Source: Microgenomates group bacterium (lineage in GTDB: Bacteria; Patescibacteriota; Microgenomatia; Daviesbacterales; UBA10151). From it: a stretch of 64,000 bases of DNA. Every line of letters starts with the position of its first letter. Within the stretch, counting starts at the first letter, position 1. Where the stretch lies: assembly GCA_041659805.1 (NCBI GenBank), contig JBAZXP010000001.1:192589-256588 (forward strand), read 5' to 3'. Of this stretch, positions 8,581 to 17,384 are shown in pieces. The notes below the pieces were generated by a model, which worked only from the letters and a program-made list of their open reading frames with translations, did not search any database and was not told the DNA's origin. A program made the translations under genes and the position numbers.

Positions 8581-10407
8581 TCATTTTAAATCCATGGAGT
8601 AAATTTTACTACCATCCAGTAGATAGACCTTTTTCTTAGCTTCATCAACTACCAAATCTATAAAAGCGCTGAATTTATCCGAGGTGTATTGAGACATGTA
8701 ATTTCCCTTTTTATCCATTACCACCAACCTATTGTTTCCTTTATCCAATACATACAAATTTTCTGTGTCAGATGACACAAAAAAGCTGGAAATTTCTTTG
8801 ATTGGTTTATCCAAATTAGCATAAGAGAAAAAATCTACTACACCTTGAGTAAATTTTTCTATCTCTACTTTATTTTTCAAAACCCAAACAGATGAATCAA
8901 TTTCTAATTTCAATGCTTCGCCTACACTTGGTTTACCTTTAAAATATTCCCGTTTATCAGAATAACCTGCTTCTGTTGGCAGGTATTTCCAGATCTGCGC
9001 AGAAGGGGAAGAAGAATTTCCTTTATCAAAAAGGTAGACATTTCCTCCAAAAGCATACAGATCTGCAATCTGCCCCCAACCGGTATCAGGTTTAACAGCG
9101 ACTGTTGTCTTACCACCTGAATCTATTTTTAACACGCCTTTATCCGCAGAAAATACAAAAGCCGTTTGCCCATTTAATGAAGCAAAGCTCGCATTCCCGA
9201 TTTTATCTGATCCTGCTAAAGCTTCCTGAGATTTAGAATTTAAATTAATTTTCACCAAGGAATTATTTCTATTGTCCAAAAGAAGTAAATTACCGGCGGA
9301 TTGAGACATTTCCTTAGTGGTGAAATCTTTCTTAATTAGGCTCAAATCCAGCCAAACAGGAAATTCTCCAACTAAATTGTTTTTAGAAATTTCCGGGAAA
9401 CTTATATCCAGTTTATTTTTCAGCTCTTTTGCTTCCCTGTTTTCAGGATCAATTTTTAAAAGAGTGTCCAGGGCATTTTTGGCATTATTTAGACTACTGA
9501 CAGCCTCTGCGGTGTTTGAATCTTTAAGAGTCTGCGCCCTGTTAATTTCATTTGTAGATGTCTGTAAATAACCGCTGATTTGTTTTCCTTTTTCAGCATT
9601 TTTTTGGTTATTAAAACTCGCGATTGCACTCACAATCACAACTATTAATATGGCAAATCCAATTATGGCAAAGCCCCTTTTAGACCTTGGCATCAACCTT
9701 GAAAAACCTTTTCTGATACCCCGTCCGATTTTTTGCAAAAAAGCCTTGGTTTTTACTCCGCTTTCTGACGCTAAAACTGGCTGATATTGTATTTCTGTTC
9801 TTTCTACTAATTCTTCTTTAGGAATAATCTTTTCTTTTTCTACAACGATTGCAGCCACAGGATAATTTTCTGCTTCAGGTAACTTACTGGCAACCTCGTC
9901 TTCTAAATTTTCAATTGGGTATTTTTCCAAGGACATTAAATCATCCTGCAGAATCTTATCCAATGTTTTAGTACACATGATGATTCTGTCTCCTTCCTTG
10001 ATAATCCCAGAGATTACCTGTCCGTCAGAAAGTGAGCATAAATCAGTCCTCTTTCCGTTTCTAACAAGGAATGATTCCAGGTTTCCGGGTTGCCCCATTA
10101 GATAAAAAAAAGTATCAGTTGATTCTTCCTGGGTGGCGGAAATTAATATATTTAATTCCAAAGAGTCTTTTAGAGCGTCTTTTATGCCATGGCAAACTTC
10201 TATGACCCTGTCAGTAATTGTAAGAGATGAGGCATAGAACGCACTTTCAGCATCAGACAAAGCTGCCCTGGTACGGGTAAAAGCATCATCAAGGCTTGCT
10301 GAAATAATAATAAATAAATAAAACTTTTGCTCTGGTTGTCGTGAAACCAAAGCGATGGCTGCATCAGTATCCGAATTTAAGCCAATAATTTTGGCTGTTT
10401 TTAGCAT
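8581..10407 (-). CDS. conserved CPR membrane protein: degenerate PP2C-like N-domain, TM, helical region, beta-propeller
   Basis: SGIIKEGDRIIMCT resembles PP2C; central TM; repeated VYLFD/LYVLD/VYLLD propeller blades. Confidence 0.6.
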   Translation of the reverse strand: MLKTAKIIGLNSDTDAAIALVSRQPEQKFYLFIIISASLDDAFTRTRAALSDAESAFYASSLTITDRVIEVCHGIKDALKDSLELNILISATQEESTDTFFYLMGQPGNLESFLVRNGKRTDLCSLSDGQVISGIIKEGDRIIMCTKTLDKILQDDLMSLEKYPIENLEDEVASKLPEAENYPVAAIVVEKEKIIPKEELVERTEIQYQPVLASESGVKTKAFLQKIGRGIRKGFSRLMPRSKRGFAIIGFAILIVVIVSAIASFNNQKNAEKGKQISGYLQTSTNEINRAQTLKDSNTAEAVSSLNNAKNALDTLLKIDPENREAKELKNKLDISFPEISKNNLVGEFPVWLDLSLIKKDFTTKEMSQSAGNLLLLDNRNNSLVKINLNSKSQEALAGSDKIGNASFASLNGQTAFVFSADKGVLKIDSGGKTTVAVKPDTGWGQIADLYAFGGNVYLFDKGNSSSPSAQIWKYLPTEAGYSDKREYFKGKPSVGEALKLEIDSSVWVLKNKVEIEKFTQGVVDFFSYANLDKPIKEISSFFVSSDTENLYVLDKGNNRLVVMDKKGNYMSQYTSDKFSAFIDLVVDEAKKKVYLLDGSKIYSMDLK

Positions 10408-10440
10408 AAACTACCTCATTTTTTCCGGGCAGTATAAATA

Positions 10441-10689
10441 TTATCCAAACAAAAAACCAATAAACAAAATAATTATCCCTAAAGCGACCCCTGCATGGAT
10501 TATAGCAAATGCGCGCAAGTATGGCGCAACCTCAGTAATAAGCGTATCAGTCATTAAATTAACCTGTCTTATCACGATTAAACTAAACACAAAATAAAGC
10601 AGGCTCAGTATAACTAAAGCACCGCGCACAATAAACCATATTGTTTCCATAGAAACTGCTGGATTAAAAAAATTACTTTCAAGGGGCAT
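10441..10689 (-). CDS. small 2-TM protein (DUF5657-like)
   Basis: LYFVFSLIVIRQVNLMTDTL motif. Confidence 0.7.
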   Translation of the reverse strand: MPLESNFFNPAVSMETIWFIVRGALVILSLLYFVFSLIVIRQVNLMTDTLITEVAPYLRAFAIIHAGVALGIIILFIGFLFG

Positions 10690-11254
10690 TGTGACCTCCT
10701 ATGGGTTCAACCAATTCACGTAAATCCTGTATCCGTTCTGCCACAAAATCAGGACCGGGTACTGAAATAAAAGAAATATCCTGTTTATCTGCTGCGGTTT
10801 CTATCACTACATCTCCAAAATTAAAAAGGGATCCGAAAATACCTGCCACTTTTGTCTTAACACTCTGCACATCCTCAAGCATCGCTTCAGTTGAAGTTTT
10901 AGAAAGGAGGGAGCTCATAGTAACATCAGTCAAATGAATGTTAGTCACAATATAAATATTAAAGTACCAATACAAATATCTTTCCAGGATATAAGCCATC
11001 ATCAGCATGTACCAAAGAATCACAACCGCCATTACAATATCACCTGGAATTTGAGGTAATAACCCCACAAAAATACTATCAATCGAAGAAAAGATAAAAG
11101 GAAAAAGTAATCCCAAGAAAGCAATTACCACCCAGGAAAGATTTGTAAACCAGTGTTGACGCAGTAGTAATTCAATATGTTCATCAACCTCTTGTTGCCC
11201 CAACTTAATATTTTCAGGATTATCAAAGAGTGCCGGAAATAATTTGAAGCTCAT
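10679..11254 (-). CDS. bacterial PH-domain membrane protein
   Basis: LRQHW, two TMs, YIVTN, FNFGDVVIETA. Confidence 0.8.
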   Translation of the reverse strand: MSFKLFPALFDNPENIKLGQQEVDEHIELLLRQHWFTNLSWVVIAFLGLLFPFIFSSIDSIFVGLLPQIPGDIVMAVVILWYMLMMAYILERYLYWYFNIYIVTNIHLTDVTMSSLLSKTSTEAMLEDVQSVKTKVAGIFGSLFNFGDVVIETAADKQDISFISVPGPDFVAERIQDLRELVEPIGGHNAP

Positions 11255-11273
11255 GAGGGAATAATATCACAAA

Positions 11274-12953
11274 TTATCTCTTCTCGATATTAAATAGTGG
11301 ACCGACTATTGCAATATTTGCCGGTGCCCGAACATTAAAGTAATCTTTAAAAACTTTTCCATCGAAAGTTTTTGACCCAGCATCTCCGGAAAGAGTAATC
11401 GAGGTTGTTCTTCCTGAACCAAAATCAAAATTTGTAGAGATACTATCAATTCTATTAAACGGCGTCGCTCCCTTACTACGCAGCTCACTTTTAACTTTTT
11501 CAGCATCCCAGGAATCCCAATCAGTGGTATAGGCCGAGAGTATCGCTACATTAACAATATCTGCCACTTCATCTGATTTGAGCCAGGCAGATTTATTATA
11601 TTGTGGTCTCCAACCTTGGGCATTATAAAAACAAGGAGAATCTCTGTCGTAAGCTTTACTAAACAAGTCCGCGAGGCTGTTAATATCACCATTTACATCT
11701 TTTAAGTTTTTAGTCCAAGAGGTGCTACCTCCAAAAACCTCAGATGAAGGATGGGTATAGCCTCCATCTGTTGAAGAAAACCAAGCTTTAATAGGATTAC
11801 CACCAACAACCATGGCTTTTTTGGAAGTTTCATTCACCGCCTGTTCCCAAGCCCCACCTTTAGGATCAGTCTTAAACACCTGACAATCCTGGCTGGCACA
11901 AATAGAACCACTACCTTTATTGGTATAAGCCAGCGCATACGATCTGGCGGCAATTGCCTGGGCTTTTAATGATTCTATTGGCCATGACCCAGGCACCTCA
12001 TAAATGCGTTTGGCATAATCATCCAAACTACCACTCCAATGAATGTTCGCATTACTATCATCCACTCTGATAGTGACATCAAATTCCTGATATCCATCAA
12101 AATTATAATAAGCCTTCAAAATTTGATCATAGCTTTGACCGGCATTTGCCCGACCGTATGCCCCAAATTGACTCATCCCAACACGGTGTGGAATTCCGAA
12201 TGTATAAAAAGCGAAAGCAGGCGAAAACCCTGGATCAATATTGCGATCATCTGAACAAGCCATTGAAATACCGGCTGATCTGGATAAATGTAAGCTACCG
12301 ATTCTTGCTGCAATTATTTCCTGCTGACGGGCGGTCAGTGAGGCAATTTGTTTGGTTAAGTTGGTCTGGTAATCTTTAGCCTTTTTAACTTCCCCTCCAA
12401 TAAAAGCGGCATTTTTATCAACCTCTACCTGCATAGAAGCTAAAGCTTTTTTATCTTTTTCCAGTTTGTCTTTTTGAGTAATTAAATCCAACATATCAGC
12501 AGTGACTTGTGAAATAACACTCTGGTCTTCTCGTGTGGCTGCCTGACGGTAAGAAAGCTCGCGCAGTAAATCTCCGGAAGCAGCACTGGTAAAAATCACT
12601 GTAAAAGGAGAGGCCATATAAGAACGGATGTAATAAGACCTCACCCTTTGAGAAAGTAAGGATTGTTGAACAACCAACTTATCAGTACGAATCGAAATAT
12701 CTTTTTCTTTCTGAATAATATTGGCAGATAAGACTGCCAGCTTATTTTGAATTTGAGCAAGTTGAATTTTTAAAGCACTCAGTTGTCCTTCCAATGGTTT
12801 AGTGGCTGTAACAGACATTTCTCTGGCTTTGGATAATTCATCAATTTGTGCTTGTAAATCAGAAACCTCATCAGCAAAGGCAGGGTTTAGGGTGTAGGTT
12901 ATAGTGAGTAGGGAAAAAAATAATATAACTAGGAACAGGAAAATCTTTTTCAT
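11274..12953 (-). CDS. SpoIID/LytB-domain cell-wall hydrolase with N-terminal coiled coil
   Basis: Signal peptide, long coiled coil, HRVGMSQFGA, EVPGSWPIESLKAQAIAARSY, CQVF. Confidence 0.85.
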   Translation of the reverse strand: MKKIFLFLVILFFSLLTITYTLNPAFADEVSDLQAQIDELSKAREMSVTATKPLEGQLSALKIQLAQIQNKLAVLSANIIQKEKDISIRTDKLVVQQSLLSQRVRSYYIRSYMASPFTVIFTSAASGDLLRELSYRQAATREDQSVISQVTADMLDLITQKDKLEKDKKALASMQVEVDKNAAFIGGEVKKAKDYQTNLTKQIASLTARQQEIIAARIGSLHLSRSAGISMACSDDRNIDPGFSPAFAFYTFGIPHRVGMSQFGAYGRANAGQSYDQILKAYYNFDGYQEFDVTIRVDDSNANIHWSGSLDDYAKRIYEVPGSWPIESLKAQAIAARSYALAYTNKGSGSICASQDCQVFKTDPKGGAWEQAVNETSKKAMVVGGNPIKAWFSSTDGGYTHPSSEVFGGSTSWTKNLKDVNGDINSLADLFSKAYDRDSPCFYNAQGWRPQYNKSAWLKSDEVADIVNVAILSAYTTDWDSWDAEKVKSELRSKGATPFNRIDSISTNFDFGSGRTTSITLSGDAGSKTFDGKVFKDYFNVRAPANIAIVGPLFNIEKR

Positions 12954-13028
12954 GGAATGAAGTCATTATACCTTAAAGATAGTTGGCTCGTCTTGCAAAC
13001 AAAATAGGTTATTGTTAATCTAAAGGTA

Positions 13029-13439
13029 ATGTCCTTCTTATTAAAAACCATTACTTTAGTATTTTTTTCCCTAATTTTTCTTTACTCTTTTCAGCCTGTT
13101 TTTGCTGAAGCAGCTCCAGGAGGAGCAGGTCAACCTTGTCGCTATGAAGGTTCTGATGGCATTTTTACTGCGCTAGGTTGTGTGCCTGTTGAACCCTCAA
13201 AGTTTATTATGGCTGTCTCCCGACTGCTAGCCGGAGCTGGCGGGGGAGTTGCCTTACTATTGATGATTGCAGGGGCTTTTCGGATGATAACTTCCGGTGG
13301 TAATCCCGATGCAGTCAAAGCCGGATCAGAACAGTTTACTTCCGCCTTAATCGGCTTACTGTTCATTATTTTTGCTACACTGTTATTAAAGGTTATCGGG
13401 GTAGATATACTAAACCTACCTGGATTTGGAACAACATAA
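13029..13439 (+). CDS. VirB2/TrbC-like T4SS pilin 1
   Basis: Signal peptide ending VFA; TALGC; ITSGGNPDAVKAG...TSALIG hairpin. Confidence 0.8.
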   Translation: MSFLLKTITLVFFSLIFLYSFQPVFAEAAPGGAGQPCRYEGSDGIFTALGCVPVEPSKFIMAVSRLLAGAGGGVALLLMIAGAFRMITSGGNPDAVKAGSEQFTSALIGLLFIIFATLLLKVIGVDILNLPGFGTT

Positions 13440-13441
13440 TT

Positions 13442-13801
13442 ATGACACAACTACTAGCTCAAAAATTACAACTTCCCGGAGGAACAGAGGTAACATTACC
13501 TGTCGGAGGCAATTCTGCCATTGCAAGTCCCACAATCGGGGGAATCATCACTCCGGCGTTAGAGGCTGTTTTTTTGATCGCTTCTGTTTTAATGTTTGTC
13601 TGGATGGTTTGGGGAATCTTCCAATATATTTTTGCCGGCGGTGAAAAAGAAAAATTAGCCAAAGCCAGATCCCGGATTACCTGGGCTATAGTTGGTTTTA
13701 TTATTGTGCTACTTGCCTTTACTCTTTCCAGATATATACAAGAAATTTTCCCAGCTAGATCAGTGCCTATCACACCTATAACTGAACCGACAAATGATTG
13801 A
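13442..13801 (+). CDS. VirB2/TrbC-like T4SS pilin 2
   Basis: YIFAGGEKEKLAKARSRITWAIVG. Confidence 0.82.
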   Translation: MTQLLAQKLQLPGGTEVTLPVGGNSAIASPTIGGIITPALEAVFLIASVLMFVWMVWGIFQYIFAGGEKEKLAKARSRITWAIVGFIIVLLAFTLSRYIQEIFPARSVPITPITEPTND

Positions 13802-14084
13802 TTTAGGACAACAATTTGGTTTTGCACTTCCAACGCTTGGTGCTGGTTTTAACCGGCTGGTCATGCCGGCTTTTGAAATTGCCGGTGTGGCAGTGATTAT
13901 TTACCTGCTTATAGGGGGGATTAAATATATGATCTCTGCAGGAGACAAGAATGCTGTTGCCTCCGCCCAACAAATGATAACTCATGCTATTATTGGTTTT
14001 ATTTTATTGATATTATTATTTGTAATAGTACAATTTGTACCGGAATTTTTTGGAGCTGGCGCACTCAGGATAATCGGAAGATGA
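13794..14084 (+). CDS. VirB2/TrbC-like T4SS pilin 3
   Basis: GGIKYMISAGDKNAVASAQQMITHAIIG. Confidence 0.82.
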   Translation: MIDLGQQFGFALPTLGAGFNRLVMPAFEIAGVAVIIYLLIGGIKYMISAGDKNAVASAQQMITHAIIGFILLILLFVIVQFVPEFFGAGALRIIGR

Positions 14085-14419
14085 ACAAATTATTAGCAGC
14101 GGATTTTTCAAATATTATAGGAACAATTTCTCCTCCTGCAGCAATTAAACCCTTAGTGGACCAAGGTGGCCAAGGAGGCCTTAACACTGTTTTAAGAAAT
14201 GGTATTACCTTAATCTATCAAATAGCAATTGTTTTATTTCTTCTAATGATTCTTTTTAGCGCATTACAATGGATTATCTCCGGTGGAGAAAAAGAAAAGA
14301 TTGCTGCTGCCAGAGGAAGACTGACCAGCGCAGTGATTGGATTAGTAATCTTAGGTTTGGCTTGGGTGATTGTTTCTGTTTTAGGAACTATCACCGGAAT
14401 TAAACTGGGAGGAGTATAA
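14081..14419 (+). CDS. VirB2/TrbC-like T4SS pilin 4
   Basis: QWIISGGEKEKIAAARGRLTSAVIG. Confidence 0.82.
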   Translation: MNKLLAADFSNIIGTISPPAAIKPLVDQGGQGGLNTVLRNGITLIYQIAIVLFLLMILFSALQWIISGGEKEKIAAARGRLTSAVIGLVILGLAWVIVSVLGTITGIKLGGV

Positions 14420-14468
14420 AACTAACCACTCACTTGACAAGGTTTTTATTCTGTGCAAACATTAATTT

Positions 14469-14813
14469 ATGAGTCCTACACCAATTCCAACATTTAGCTT
14501 AAGTAATCTTGGTGTTGGCATTGCCAGCAATACCCCTATCGGAGACATTATTGGTAATGCTATCCGAATCATCATCATTATCTCTTTAATCGCAGTTTTA
14601 GCAATGTTAATCTTCGGAGCTTTTCAATGGATCATCTCAGGTGGTGAAAAAGAAAAGGTTGCTGCTGCCAGAGGAAGAATTACCAATGCCTTAATCGGAC
14701 TGGCCATTTTAGGCTTAGCTTTCGTGATTGTTACAGTAGCCGGTACTTTAGTCGGTATTAATATTTTTGAAAATATTCAAATCCCAAGCTTAGGTGATAC
14801 AACCGCAAGGTAA
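14469..14813 (+). CDS. VirB2/TrbC-like T4SS pilin 5
   Basis: QWIISGGEKEKVAAARGRITNALIG. Confidence 0.82.
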   Translation: MSPTPIPTFSLSNLGVGIASNTPIGDIIGNAIRIIIIISLIAVLAMLIFGAFQWIISGGEKEKVAAARGRITNALIGLAILGLAFVIVTVAGTLVGINIFENIQIPSLGDTTAR

Positions 14814-14855
14814 TTCTTCCTTGACCTAATTTCTTCTTTTTAGTACTGTTAAGGT

Positions 14856-15221
14856 ATGAAAAAATATCTGTCCTTTATCTTTTCTGTACTATCTCTTTTA
14901 CTCTCTGCACCCGCTTATGCAGCCACTACAGTAAATCCTCTTCCTGCCGGAAAGGATCAATTAATACAACTTATTACCAGAATTATTAATCTGGCAGCTG
15001 AGGCTGCATTCACTGTTTTGTTAATCATGATTATTTACGCAGGAATTAAGTTTCTAACTTCCGGTGGAGACCCGAAAGCAATCGGAGCAGCTTCTGGCAC
15101 TATCACATGGGCTCTTCTTGGTATTTTGTTCATGGCTATAGGTTGGTTATTCTTATTATTGATTAAAAATTTCACTGGCATTGACGTGACTAAATTCTGT
15201 CTTGATTTTCGTGGCTGTTAG
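14856..15221 (+). CDS. VirB2/TrbC-like T4SS pilin 6
   Basis: Signal peptide ending AYA; GIKFLTSGGDPKAIGAASGTITWALLG. Confidence 0.82.
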   Translation: MKKYLSFIFSVLSLLLSAPAYAATTVNPLPAGKDQLIQLITRIINLAAEAAFTVLLIMIIYAGIKFLTSGGDPKAIGAASGTITWALLGILFMAIGWLFLLLIKNFTGIDVTKFCLDFRGC

Positions 15222-15230
15222 TAATTACCA

Positions 15231-17336
15231 ATGAAATACCTGCCTTTGACCCTCTTACTTCTGATAAGTTGTTTTTTTTACATATTCCCTGGTGCAGTTA
15301 AAGCAGATGAATGTACCGGTAAAAATGTCGGCGATGCTTGTGGTGCATTCATAAGACAAATTGATGCCAACAATTGCATGCCATGCCATGGTAGCTGTAT
15401 AAACAGTGGCAGCACTTTATCTTGTAGTATGGCCGGAGGTAATGTCGGTTGTTCTCCGCAATATGCCTGCAGCGGGGTTAACCCTACCCCAACACCAATC
15501 ACTGCTCCACCCCAAGCTCAACAAGGAACTATTATTGGGGCACAAATTCCGCTTGAACAAGCACAAAGCACTATTAATCGAATGGTCCCTTCACAATATA
15601 GTTTCCAATGGCTTAAATATCAATTTTCATTAGGAAGTGGACAGAACTTAGGAGAGGCTGTAACAGCCGCAAAATCGTCTGCTGCCGGAGGAGGAAGGAA
15701 TTATAGCGTCTTGGTTTCAGTGGCAAAAAACGGTGCAGGAATTGAAACCCTAAAAAATCCTGATACTTACCCTCCTGAACAAGCTCCTGAATACTATACC
15801 CACAAATATTGTCCGTATAATGAAGAACTGGAAACATATTCTGTCAACCCTCATAATTGCGGCACTGACCTTGTTAGTGGAGAACCTCAAACCTGCTATG
15901 ATTCACAAACTGCTCAACCAAAATCAGATAACGGTTATATAAAATTCAGAGATCAGATGGAGGCATTAGCCTCAACTTTAAATTCATTAGGAGTTGAGGC
16001 GGTTGAAATCTGGAATGAGCCTAACTTAGCAGTGGAATGGACTAATCAGGGACTTGGTCCAATCAGCCCCCAAAATTATGCAAATTTTTTTATCTGTGGA
16101 GCTAAAGGCCTTAAAAAAGGTGGCTACAATGGGAAAATTATTACTGCAGCACCCTCTCCCGGTGCAGGTGGAACAGGAAATATGGATGATCTGGCTTTTT
16201 TTGATGCTTTTTACAATGAACTTAATTCCCAGGGTCAATTAGGATTAGTTGATGCTTATGGGTGGCATGGGAATGTAACAAGAGATATCTCACCCACCAG
16301 CAGTGATGTAAACGGATTTCAAAGATTCTCAAGGATACTTGGCAAAGGTAAACCTGTTTGGCTAACAGAATTTGGTTGGGATAGAAGTATTTTACCGGGA
16401 TCAGAAGAACAAAAGAGACAAAAACAGGGTCTTTATATTGCCCAGGCTTATGGCGTAATTAACAGCAACTTCTTAAATAAAGTTACAGCTATGTTTGTCT
16501 GGAATTTTGGCTTTACCAAAGCAGGGAGGACTGAAGCAGAATTTGTTGATTGGGATATAGAAGGAATTACTCCTCAAGGACGGCTTTGCCAACCAAATGC
16601 TCCCATTGACCCCAGATATAGAGGAGACCGGAGAAGCACCACTTATGTACAGGATAAATCTCTTTCGGATGATGAAATTGTTGCAACTGTGGCGGGCTTA
16701 GCCTTAGTACCAAAGACAGTAATCGAAGACGCCAACCAGAGTGCCAGGACAATTAGTCAAACCAAGGTTGATACCAAAAAAAGCTTTTACAGCAATCTTC
16801 CGTTACTTGGTGATTTTTTGAGCCAAATTGCTAACCTGATCGATTTTTTCCGCTGTATGATTGGTCAATCAGAGTTTTGTAAACCGAATTTATCAATTGG
16901 TATTGCAGAAAAGATAGAAGGAGGAACTGTTCCAGGAAAAAATACAGCCTCATTTGCGTCGGAAGCTCAAATATTAGGACAGGCCGCCATTCCCAATGGT
17001 ATGGAATTAGTTCCTGAAGAAAGAGATTGTAATATAGGATTTCAGGGAGAAGAACCGGATCCCGGTCATATCAGATTAAACACGCTTAGTGAAACAATGG
17101 GAACTACCACTGGCTTTTATGGTAATAATATGCCTGATTTCAAAACTTTAACCCCAGACGATTGGTTAAATATAATAAAAGACAGAATGCAACAGGAAAA
17201 CTTAAATATTGGCAGTAAACTATTTAATCAGGATAAAAGATCCCCTGATTTATATGTCAGAAAACAGGTGATGTGTAAAGGACTATATCCGGAAGGCATT
17301 TGTCCTTTTGAACCTTCCCCTACACCAACCATATAA
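15231..17336 (+). CDS. secreted clan GH-A glycoside hydrolase (GH5/GH39-like) with Cys-rich N-domain
   Basis: Signal peptide; EIWNEPNL acid/base motif; DAYGWH; VWLTEFGW nucleophile motif. Confidence 0.75.
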   Translation: MKYLPLTLLLLISCFFYIFPGAVKADECTGKNVGDACGAFIRQIDANNCMPCHGSCINSGSTLSCSMAGGNVGCSPQYACSGVNPTPTPITAPPQAQQGTIIGAQIPLEQAQSTINRMVPSQYSFQWLKYQFSLGSGQNLGEAVTAAKSSAAGGGRNYSVLVSVAKNGAGIETLKNPDTYPPEQAPEYYTHKYCPYNEELETYSVNPHNCGTDLVSGEPQTCYDSQTAQPKSDNGYIKFRDQMEALASTLNSLGVEAVEIWNEPNLAVEWTNQGLGPISPQNYANFFICGAKGLKKGGYNGKIITAAPSPGAGGTGNMDDLAFFDAFYNELNSQGQLGLVDAYGWHGNVTRDISPTSSDVNGFQRFSRILGKGKPVWLTEFGWDRSILPGSEEQKRQKQGLYIAQAYGVINSNFLNKVTAMFVWNFGFTKAGRTEAEFVDWDIEGITPQGRLCQPNAPIDPRYRGDRRSTTYVQDKSLSDDEIVATVAGLALVPKTVIEDANQSARTISQTKVDTKKSFYSNLPLLGDFLSQIANLIDFFRCMIGQSEFCKPNLSIGIAEKIEGGTVPGKNTASFASEAQILGQAAIPNGMELVPEERDCNIGFQGEEPDPGHIRLNTLSETMGTTTGFYGNNMPDFKTLTPDDWLNIIKDRMQQENLNIGSKLFNQDKRSPDLYVRKQVMCKGLYPEGICPFEPSPTPTI

Positions 17337-17384
17337 ATATTCAGTCTAGTTGCAAGAACCTTGTAAATTTTGTACTCTTAAGCT

